64,000 nt of DNA, taken from assembly GCF_006345805.1 (NCBI RefSeq), contig NC_042999.1, forward strand, positions 140,492,001 through 140,556,000, in the 5' to 3' direction. This document shows, piece by piece, positions 53,786-64,000 of this stretch. Both the position numbers and the translations under genes were made by a program. The notes under the pieces were generated by a model that saw nothing but the letters and a program-made list of their open reading frames with translations, had not been told where the DNA came from and did not search any database. The number at the start of each line of letters is the position of its first letter. The stretch's first letter is position 1. Source of the DNA: Octopus sinensis. Lineage: Eukaryota.

Positions 53786-55063
53786 GTGAACCGGAGCAAT
53801 ATTTCCCTTACATCAATAATCAGCAAGATGTTCGAAACCATCCTTAAGAAAAGTATGATGCTCCACCTCCTAAACACAGCCTCGATCACTAATTCCCAAC
53901 ACGGCTTCGTGCCAAAGAGATCATGCTTGACCAACTTACTAGTAATGGAAGAATTGGTGACGCGCATCCTTGATGATAGTGATGCTGTTGACATCGTTTT
54001 ATTGGACTTTGCCAAAGCTTTTGACTCGGTAAACCACCGCCTACTACTTGTCAAGCTTCAAGCATATAGTTTCCATTCGGATATTGTACGATGGGTTGGT
54101 GCCTTCCTCTCAGATCGCTCCTTCCAAGTTCAAGTTAATGGTTCGCGGTCCGACGTCTCCAGTGCGAGCAGTGGCGTGCCTCAAGGTTCAGTGCTTGGGC
54201 CCTTGTTGTTCTTAGTCTTCATAAATGACTTGCCCAACGACCTCACGCAACACACCCTTCTATTTGCCGACGATATCAAACTGGTCGCTCCTCGCGGTAG
54301 TATAGAGGATCTTCGTCGATGCCTCCACCAAATTTGGAAGTGGTCTAACGATTGGGACCTGTGTCTGAACGTGTCAAAGTGCTGTCATCTGCCTGTCGGC
54401 TTTACTCCTGCAACTCAACTTGATTGCGAGCCGGGTCGTCTGTTGCTGGAGAGGACCGATCAGGTAAAGGACCTGGGTATCTTGGTGGATTCCTCCTTTT
54501 CGCCTTCGGCCCAGTGCGTCCATGCTGCCAACAAAGCGCGCGGAATTCTGTTTTTGATTCAACGGTCATTCGGAATGCTCACAGTAGCCATATTCCTACC
54601 ACTCTATGTCACGCTGGTGAGACCCATATTGGAGTATGGGATTCAAGCCTCTTCTCCTTATCTCCTCAAAGACATACAGCATCTCGAAAGAGTCCAGAGG
54701 CTGGCTACCTGCATGGTTCATGGTCTCAAAAATTTGTCCTACGAAGAAAGGCTGAGGACGCTCGACCTTTATTCTCTTGAAAAACGCCGCCGCCGTGGTG
54801 ATCTCATTCTCGTCCACAACATCATAAGCGGGAAGTGTAACCTCTTGAAAGAGCTGTTCTTCACTCCTGCTCCGGAGCGTCGGCTGCGGGGTCATTCCAA
54901 AAAGCTCTACCTGCGACGATTTCATCTCAATCGAAGGAGAGGAGCTTTCTCCGTCCGGGTTGCAGATCTGTGGAACAAGCTGCCAGACGAGATGGTGAAG
55001 ATGCCGACGACCGCTTTGTTCAAAACCTCCCTGGACCTCAAGTGGCCTGAACTCTTTACATGA
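53786..55063 (+). CDS. Non-LTR retrotransposon reverse transcriptase, N-terminally truncated (no endonuclease)
   Basis: Motifs QHGFVPKRSCLTNLL, LDFAKAFDSVNH, GVPQGSVLGPLLFLVFINDL, LFADDIKL, LERVQRLAT. The first few listed codons derive from flanking sequence. Confidence 0.9.
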   Translation: MNRSNISLTSIISKMFETILKKSMMLHLLNTASITNSQHGFVPKRSCLTNLLVMEELVTRILDDSDAVDIVLLDFAKAFDSVNHRLLLVKLQAYSFHSDIVRWVGAFLSDRSFQVQVNGSRSDVSSASSGVPQGSVLGPLLFLVFINDLPNDLTQHTLLFADDIKLVAPRGSIEDLRRCLHQIWKWSNDWDLCLNVSKCCHLPVGFTPATQLDCEPGRLLLERTDQVKDLGILVDSSFSPSAQCVHAANKARGILFLIQRSFGMLTVAIFLPLYVTLVRPILEYGIQASSPYLLKDIQHLERVQRLATCMVHGLKNLSYEERLRTLDLYSLEKRRRRGDLILVHNIISGKCNLLKELFFTPAPERRLRGHSKKLYLRRFHLNRRRGAFSVRVADLWNKLPDEMVKMPTTALFKTSLDLKWPELFT

Positions 55064-55147
55064 ACACCACCCTGTACTTAACTCCATGTCCCCCTACATG
55101 GCCTTGCTATTTGCTTTTGAGCCAAATTAACTAACTAACTAACTAAC
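53803..55147 (+). mobile_element. Young 5'-truncated CR1/L2-group LINE
   Basis: Uninterrupted RT frame to 55063, short 3' UTR with a ccatgt/acatgg hairpin (55084-55101) and a (TAAC)5 tail (55128-55147). Confidence 0.93.
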
Positions 55148-56629
55148 AATGCATTATCTGGTAAAAGAAGCTAATAACAATAATGATTTCTAATACAGGC
55201 ACATATCTAAAACAAGTTGGAGGAGAAGTATAGCTGATTTAATCAACTCCAATATGTGATTGATACTTATTTTATTGATCCCGGAAAGATGAACGGCTAA
55301 GCTGATCCCAGTGGAAACTGAACTAAGAATGTAAAGGATTGTAAATAGATGCCACAAAGCATTTTGTCTAAGTCTACCGATTTTATCATCTCCATAGTGA
55401 ATACTACTAAAAATATATACTGCAGTAAAATATCAAACCCAGATGCAATATTTGTGATCAGTTTGATGAAACCATCAGCACAATTTGCCTCACACTGACC
55501 ACTGCAAATTGCTTCAGGAGACATGGCAGAGTGACTGTCTTTACTCCACTGGAAAATAATGTCCCAGAGACAAAGGTAAGATTCTTTAGGATATGTAAAT
55601 ACATACAGATAAAATAAGAGTGAACTGCTTTGACATGATTATATAGACAGGCTATTTATGTCTCATTTAGTTATTGATATGGTTTTCCCAATACACTTTT
55701 ATACTGATGTAACATGGCCAACAATCAATAATATGAAGGAAGTAAAAGACCTTGTGGTAGAAATATTGATATAGAAAATGGATACACAAACAGTCCCTGC
55801 TTTTATATGAGTGTTCAAAGCAGTGAAAATGACAGCAGAAACAATCTATATCATTCTAGTATATTTAAAAAGATGCAATTGAATTTTTTACAGATGCAAT
55901 GTAATAAGTTATAATGTTCGTACCTTTTTAAAGACATTAATGTTTAATGAGAAACAAAATCGATATATTAATTTATTTTATTAAAAAAACTTGCCTCTGC
56001 CTCATGATTTATAGCCCACTGCTTTTTTACTGTTTAGTTAAGTAGGAAAGGACAGTACCCACGATCAATTGCTTTTAAAGGGCCTCTAAGAGTGATGGGA
56101 TGTAGGGAGAAGTTATCTTGAAACTGGTGACCTGAATGCTTGCAACAGAGTGCACTCTGCTAAAGGCACACAAGAACTCAGAATGTAAAGGCCCAGAACA
56201 AATACCACAAGGCATCACATGACATCCTGCCAATCCACTGCACTGGACTGGTACTTTATTTTATCAACTTTGAAAGGATAAAAGGCAAAGTTCACATTCG
56301 TGGGATTTGAACTCACAGTAGAGAGAGTCAGAACTCTAATGACTGTAAATTTGCCACCTTTATTAACAAAATGATTATTCCTTTAGATTAAACAAAAGGT
56401 CAATGATTTCTTGTAGTGAACTAAGAAATATGGTACATGGAGTATTGAACTACCTATTTACTGGTATACTAAATGAAATACTATATTTTCAAGACAGCTA
56501 TCTGAGCCATTTGTCTCTTGGCATAAAATGCTTACAAAAAATTAATTGTTATAATACATCTTTATTGGACAAAGAGATAATGTCTTATTTGAATTTATAA
56601 ATAATATTTTAATTTCTATATAAATATAA

Positions 56630-56694
<65 letters not shown>

Positions 56695-58961
56695 ATAATA
56701 AAAAGCTAGTCATGTAGAATACACATCCATGCAAAACTGCTGAAAAACATTTTGTAATCAATGCTCTGTAGAACTGTATCAGAACTCCCTGCCTGGTAAT
56801 GATTTCAAAACCCACCACAAAGCTTGATCTAACTACTTCCTCCCTAACATGGGAATGCATTCATTACAATATTTTCAAAACACAAACACAAGTAGTTCAG
56901 ACATAATTATCAGGAACAACAAAATTGAAAAACAAGTGACTTGCTGCAAAAGTTAGTTCTCCAGAAGTTGGATATATCATTTCTGAAATAAATCGAAAAG
57001 AAAATATCTCTGTATAACTAATGAGGAACTTGCATGTTATATATCCAGTCTATGGCTTCATATTTATGTTTAAAGTCATCTGTGCATTTTGATCATATAA
57101 AGAAATAACTTATGAAATTGCATTTTAGAAAGAATGGAATGGACACAGTTGAGTTACATGCCAGATATTGTGGTTTAGCACTAATGTCAACACATTGAAC
57201 AGAACTATAATGAAAAGCCTTTCAGCTGTGACAATTTTTAGAGGAATATAGAATTACATTATCTAATGTGTCCTTATTTAATATGGTAGAGTGTGATTTA
57301 TGGGAGATTTAGCTACTGTTACTAGTAGCTCTATTGACCGTGTAGAGGCTTCCTTGTTGGCTCTTAACAACAAGATATTGTATTCATAAAAAGTGATGTG
57401 AAAACTGTTCAGTTTGATAATTACAGGAAACAATTAAGTGAAAGAGATAAATCTTTACAACGTAGTTAATGACTGTTTAGTTAATTTTAAAAAAAAAGTA
57501 TTGGAGGACACATACATATGTATATCAGTAATTGTACTAATAATATTCTTGAAAAAACTTGAAATCTTTTGTTTTAAGATATTTTAGGGACAACTAAAAA
57601 CTTTTCTTTTTTTTTTGTTTCATTGTTTACCTTCAGAGTACTCTCTATCAAAGGGAATCAGTGATGAGAACATTTCAAAGAAAATTCAATAAGAAAAGGG
57701 TTTTCAAAAATAAAATTTATAGTTTACAAATAATCAGTAAAGCTTGTGATAGGTTCTTCATTATCACCATCATCATCATAATCTGCTTCATCATCACTAA
57801 CACATATACATAATCTCTTTATATGTACATGTATATATTCTTACATAATCACATTCACGCACACATACATAAACATACACAGCAATCATAATATGTACAC
57901 AAACATACTTAATTATATAAAGAGTACAGTGCATACACAAACATATGTGTGTGTACACAAATATATACATACACATGTACAGACATATATATATTGAAAA
58001 AAAAAATGTATGTGTGAAGGAACCTGTAGAAGAAGATACAAGAAGTGAAAACTGCTTTTGCAATGTTGAACACCAAGAAGATGACTTGGAAGTTTAGCAT
58101 TAATATATATACATAAAGCATAGCAATGAGGAATAGCAAGTGAACTACATACTAACAGACTAAATATATCTAATTAATAGTGATGGTTGAAGTATTTCTT
58201 TGCTAACATAACAAAGATAAAATTTAAAACAAACTGTGGCAAATACTAAGAATAGATACAAAAAAATTCTACAAAAAAAAAAAAGAGAGCTTAACTAATA
58301 AATAATAAAGTATAAGAGAAATTGAAAAAAAACTACAGCAGAGACAAAACAATGAGCAGAGAAGTATTTTTAGTAATTTTATTCAAAATAGTAGTAATGA
58401 AGAAATAATCTAAAAGGTAAACTAATGCTACTGATAAATCATTGAAGAAAAGCTCATTAATTTTAATGAAAAGATAATCAAAAACTATTTAGATATATTA
58501 AAGAAATTTCATGCTGATTTTTAGCAGAATGGTTTTATGGATTTTAAATGAAATCAAAGCAAAAGATGAAAAAGTGAAAAGATTTTGCATTTTATCTCTG
58601 CTGCAAAATTGTTGTTATTGTTATTATTGGTGTTTTGTGTTCAGGTATTTATATGTGTTTGTAAGATGGGAAATCACAATGTTCATATTCCTGCCTTGCT
58701 GAACCAATAACAATAACAACATAAAAAAACCACTACCCCACCTCCCATTCAAGCTAATTTTATCAAATTGTACAAACAAATGCATACATTTTTCAAACTA
58801 AGGAAACTACAATATATATATATATATACATACACACACATTATATATATATATATTATATATATATATATAAGTAAAGAAATAAAAGTGTGAGCATAAC
58901 AATAATGTAGTGCTGTGTCAATCGGTGAAACGATTAATAGTAACAGGTTTGTTGTACTCAC

Positions 58962-59009
58962 AGCTCCCGAAGATAGCGTTGGCTGTGACGGGTCGTCATT
59001 GTCAATTCT
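58962..59009 (-). CDS. Candidate 48-nt cassette exon of Cav1 (RIDNDDPSQPTLSSGA), probably in the domain IV S3-S4 linker
   Basis: Minus strand reads ...cctactaatgttgcttcatttag|AGAATT...GGAGCT|gtgagt. 48 nt, open in phase 0, 25/48 GC in AT-rich surroundings. Phase matches the phase-0 start of the IVS4 exon. No transcript evidence available. Confidence 0.55.
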
Positions 59010-61775
59010 CTAAATGAAGCAACATTAGTAGGAAGGGTTAAAGTAGCCAAGACAAACCACAAATTATTCTACCACTAGTAGAAATATATGCACACAAACA
59101 CACAAAGAGAAAAGAAAAGCCACAAGCATATACACATAGGCACACACAGTAAAAGATAAAAGAAAAGAAAAAAAGCAAAAGAAAAAAATAACATGCAGCA
59201 AACAACAAAAAAGGTTTTTGCTGTTTAAGCATGATGCAAATTGATGTGAGTTCAGAATGATGTATGGTGTATTTTAAAGATCTAGGTGAAACAGCTGCTA
59301 AGCAAAAAAATCCACTCATTTATTTTTGCTATGATTTCACCACTGCAACATCTTGATGAAATTTTAACCATTGGCATTAAAGTGATATAATGTAGGGGGC
59401 ATGTCTTTAGATTACTAAGACTATCACTGAAATAACTGTTTGCTTTATTCTCAATTTTCTATGAGAAGTAGTTGCAGATAACTATTGCCTAAAACTAACA
59501 TTAGTGATGAAATGAAAGTGATGATGATGATGATGGTGGTAATAAGGATTATTATGTCAAAGATATTGATGAATGACTAATAAAATTACAGAGGAAGGTT
59601 TAACTAAATGATAGAATGAAAGTAGTTAATACACTCACATGGTAATATCCCCAGGAGGTATAGATTGAGAGTTGCCAATGAAAGTATGCAAACCTTCAGA
59701 AGTAAACATACTTTGGTCTTCATAAACATATTGGTTTCAGTGGAACACTTAGACCTCTGATTTCTAGAAATCATTTGCTTTCAGAGTTGTTAAACCTTGG
59801 ATCTTGTGGTCTTGGCACTCAAAGTGGTTGCTCTCAATATATAGACTTAAGTAGAGATGTCTTGAAAAGGGGAAAATCAAAATTCTAGTGTCATTTGCTC
59901 AGGAAAAGTAAAAGTGACAAGGCTGTTGCATTATTACTGTATTATTGAATTATTGTTGAGATTATAGGTGATGATACTGCTGATAGTCAACATGACCTTA
60001 TTGTCTATTTTTGTTTCAGTACAACTGTTGTGGGATGATGTTTTTATTATCAGTTTTTAGATGTCTAAATTGTTTCAGATGATTTGTTACTAAGATTGTA
60101 ATATCTTTAGGACTATTAGCCTCATCTTTAGTAATGAAAAATGTCTAATATATATATATAGATGTAAATATTTTTAAAAATGTTTTTATCCATAAAGATG
60201 AACATTCAGAATCATATCATTAGTGCCATTGATGAGTTTTTGCAGTTGGTGATATTACTGTTGGTACTCTTGGCTTTATTGCTGCTGGTAGTGAAAATGT
60301 ACTTTTAGTCAATATGATACCATTGCTGTAAGAAACAACCCTTAATTGACAATATTTATTTCAGTGTTGCAAAGTGAAAACATAGAGAGAGATGCTTAGT
60401 TCTCTAGCTTATAAAGTGCAGAATAAAGGATTATTTCCCAATGTTTAACTGTAGTTTTTTTCTTTTTATTTTAATGGTTTAGTCAGAGGAGGAAAGGTAG
60501 TGCCCAAAACTATTTTCATGGTTTCTGTAATTGATGGGAAGAAAGTGTCTTCAGACCAGAGATCTGTTCTGAATGTTTGCAATGTAAAAAAAGGTGGAAG
60601 ACTAAACCTATCACTGAGAAGAACAGGAATGGTCCATTGGACAGGCAAACAATTTTCATCAATTTCACTAACAAGGTCTTGATTAACCTGAGATTATGGT
60701 AAAAGTTTCCCAAGGAGTAGCAATGTGGGATTGAACCATATAGTTGTGAAGTGAATTTCTTAATCACATAGCTATGACTTCATCCATTATTAAGGCTGTA
60801 TAGAAACATCAATAAAAAAAAGTAGAGGAAGAGGGAGGTGGTTAGCAATGATAAAGTGAAAATGGTGATAGTAAAAGGTCGAAATCTAGAGCAATATGAT
60901 GCATGAAAAGGAGAGAGAGAGTAAAAAGGTTAAGAAAAAAGGGGGAAAAAGGAAAAGAAAAGATGAAAGGGGTATAATCAGTTAGAAAGTAACAGACCAG
61001 CCAAGACATGACATAAATCAGAACTTTGAAGAAAGTATCTTAAAGGCAAAATATTTTGCCAAGTTTATTAAATGAAAAGAGACAATTTAGGCATCCCATT
61101 CTACCTATCAAGTAAGGAGTAGATGACTCTTTGGCACCTACATATAGTATAAGCACCCAAAAGTGTAGACCATACATGGCAAATGTATGTGAAAAGTTAA
61201 ACAAAGAAGATTAAGAGAAAAAAAAAGAATAGGAAGAAAAGGTAAAATAGGAAAAGTATAGGGAGAGGCAAAAATATGAATGTTACTCTTTTTACTGGAG
61301 ACAAAATTTGGCACTTCAAAGCCTTGGGCTTGCTTATATTGTGATTTCATGTTTATGTGTGCGTAATCATTTTTATTTATTTGATATTATTGCATCCATG
61401 TGCACACCTGTTGGCATAAAGTATATTGTTACATTAACCAGTTGCTGACTTTCTGAAACAACTGTGAAAGACTAACTACTAGTATATTTTTGTTTTGCTG
61501 GTTATATTATAGCTGTGAAAATGATATAAAAGATACAATGCAATGTATACATGTTTGCCCATCCTTTATCTTTTTTTACATGCTTGAGCTACACAGATCT
61601 ATGCAGATTTCTTGTTCTACAGAATTACTTTTATTTTGAATTTTAAGAGTTTTGGACCTTCAGAGCATTAACCCAGTATTTATCTATGGTACACATATAC
61701 TAGACTCTTCTCAACCATTGTATATATACATGTGTGCAAGTGTGTGTGTATATACACACATATACATAGATATTT

Positions 61776-61807
<32 letters not shown>

Positions 61808-61989
61808 GCATGTATACATATATATATTTAAGTGACAGCAACTTACACATATCTCCCAATGCCAAGAATCTCTATCTTCAATTTCCAGTCGTGAATAGCA
61901 GCAATGAAGTTGAATGGCCCTTGTCCAATGTTAGGGTGTGAAAATCTCCAAAATATATCATCTGACAAGGCTTGTTGTTTAGCAAGAAA

Positions 61990-62470
61990 GCAGTGATAAA
62001 AAAAGGTAAAGGTAAAGTTACCTTCTCGAGTCATACTGACTCACAAGGGCCAGTTTTCCAGTTTGATGGTGTATATATTCCCCACCTGACGGGATGCTGG
62101 TCCATTGTAGGATTACTCATTTTTGCCAGCTCAGTGGACTGCAGCAACATGAAATGAAGTGTTTTGCTCAAGAACACAATGCATTGCATGGTCCAGGAAT
62201 TGAAACCACAATCTTACAATCTGTTTCTTTATTACCCACAAGGGGCTAAACATAGGGGGGACAGACAAATGGATTAAGTTGATTACATTGACCCCAGTGC
62301 GTAACTGGTACTTAATTTATCGACTCCGAAAGGATGAAAGGCAAAGTTGACCTTGGCGGAATTTGAACTCAGAATGTAATGGCAGACGAAATACGGCTAT
62401 GCATTTCGCCTGGTGTGCTAACAATCTTACAATCATGAGTCAAACACCCTAACCATTAAGCTACATGCCT
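61990..62470 (-). mobile_element. tRNA-derived SINE host carrying a nested SINE
   Basis: Minus-strand head ggaggcatgtagcttaatggttagggtg...gtggtttcaattcctggacc, split by an insert. Confidence 0.75.
62222..62420 (-). mobile_element. SINE (core gcctttcatcctttcggagtcgataaattaagtacc) with a 14-bp TSD
   Basis: TSD acaatcttacaatc at 62208-62221 and 62421-62434. Degenerate relatives near 13130, 48531, 48870, 49510, 51770, 53355, 55190 and 56160. Confidence 0.88.
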
Positions 62471-62842
62471 CCACTAGATAGCAGTGGCCTGCAATTCTAG
62501 CAGAGATGGATGGAATGTATCCATAAATCTTCTCTTCAGTGATCACATCATGGAATATTTGGAGCCCTCATATGAGGCCTAGGATTTGTATAATGAAATT
62601 GATCTTGAAACACCTTTGTAGTTGAAATTTTAATTTCACAGTAAAGAATATTCTCTGCAAATGCCTTGAAGAAGGAAAACCTTGTTGACTTTGAAATACT
62701 TGATCTATTGGCATACATAGGAGGGGCTGAAACTTCAAACTTACTGTCAACCCTCTTCTTACAAAAGTATAATATATATATACACACACACACCACATGT
62801 ATGTATATATACACATATAGATGTGTATATATGTATATGTTT

Positions 62843-63050
62843 ATCATCATCATCATTCGTTGACCCCTTTTCCATGTAGCATGAGTTGGATGGTTCAACA
62901 AAAACAGACAAACCAAAGGGCTGCATTAGTTACTAAGTTTACTTTGGCATGGTTTCTACAGCTGAATGCCCTTCCTAATGACAACTATTTAACAGAGTGT
63001 ATTGGGTGTATTTTATGTGGCATCAGCACTGGTGAGGTTGCCAAGTACCT
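62843..63050 (-). mobile_element. Degenerate (GAT)n-tailed SINE
   Basis: (cat)n followed by ...ttttccatgtagcatgagttgga...cagctgaatgcccttcctaa. Confidence 0.7.
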
Positions 63051-63167
63051 GTAAGATTAGACCCCTCAAATGAGTTGGTTATTGAATGGAGGGATAAGAA
63101 ATTATGATAGAGGGTGAAGGAGAGCAGATGTGTTGCTGAAGAAGTGAATGCATGAGTTGCCCACTTG

Positions 63168-63215
<48 letters not shown>

Positions 63216-64000
63216 TGCAGTCCATGTACAAGGTGAATATTAAACATAAGATGATTAGAGATAGGGAATATGTTGGACACAGAGAGGGGAAGTGAAGGAT
63301 ATAGAAGACTGATGGAAGAGTAGGTGTTAAAAGATGAGTGGTTGAGGAAGGCTTGACAGAGCCTCAATTCTTGATACATGGATAGGTCTTCTCAAGCATG
63401 AAAAACATTATTATACATAAGTCACAGCAGGTGTCTATTCCAAAATGTAACTTTTGAGACCCATACACTTGCCCACTCAACCAAGTATGCATGGTTAGCT
63501 CAGTGGTATATGAAGCTGAGGTCACCTCAGTTCTACAAAATAACAAAACTCGAAAGGAAAAGTACACTGGCATATGTGAAAGTAACTTTAACAAAAAAAA
63601 ATGATATGCCAATCACCAGCACATAAACAAGAAGAAAACAACTAAGTTAACAAGCCATCAACAAAGAATCTTAGAGTGATTCATACCATAATGTTAATGG
63701 GTCATGGAGGTGCAGGCTTTGTAGAGTAGAAAGAATTTATATCCTTTTTAAATCTAAGAGTTCCACTGACATACTGAATTCTAGATCCAAGATTTTCACT
63801 AAATGAAACTACTTGACAAATTTCTATTATCAAACTGGCGAACACCACCCTCTCTGGATTAGGCATACAATCTCACAAACTTTAACCTTTCCCCTTGCAA
63901 AGTCTGGAGGAAGGGACAGAAACTTTGACCATGTGGGGCCTTCAAGACTGGCGAGTCTGATGCTATTATTATTTCATTTAAACTGTTGCAGGAAAGACAT

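Noticed and set aside
54374-55087. Overlapping ORFs on other frames and strands of the LINE
   Set aside because: By-products of the GC-richer RT coding sequence, with no recognisable motifs.
60466-60682. Short ORFs as coding remnants
   Set aside because: No recognisable domain, and they run into a SINE head.
62548-62760. Minus-strand ORF segment SSISKSTRFSFFKAF resembling the start of IVS4
   Set aside because: No arginine periodicity and no usable splice sites. The similarity is superficial.

Overview
Eukaryotic, AT-rich, repeat-dense DNA. The SINE families, abundant (TA)n/(CA)n microsatellites and gene content suggest a coleoid cephalopod, probably Octopus (inference). The whole window lies inside one minus-strand gene, an L-type voltage-gated calcium channel alpha1 subunit (Cav1, CACNA1C/D-like). 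Nine canonical GT-AG exons join in frame and encode domain IV S4 through the EF-hand, pre-IQ and IQ regions of the proximal C-terminus. The IVS3 exon and the 3' exons were not found and probably lie outside the window. A 48-nt in-frame candidate cassette exon at 58962-59009 would insert 16 aa into the IVS3-S4 linker. The introns hold tRNA-derived SINEs, a young 5'-truncated CR1/L2-like LINE with an intact RT frame, R4/Dong and other LINE remnants, TIR elements, a Helentron-type HINE, foldback palindromes and two Penelope-like GIY-YIG remnants. One Penelope-like remnant carries a complete type I hammerhead ribozyme (10249-10334). The YI/CV-repeat ORFs in the track are microsatellite artefacts. 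All coordinates, pairings and family assignments were read by eye with no database search.
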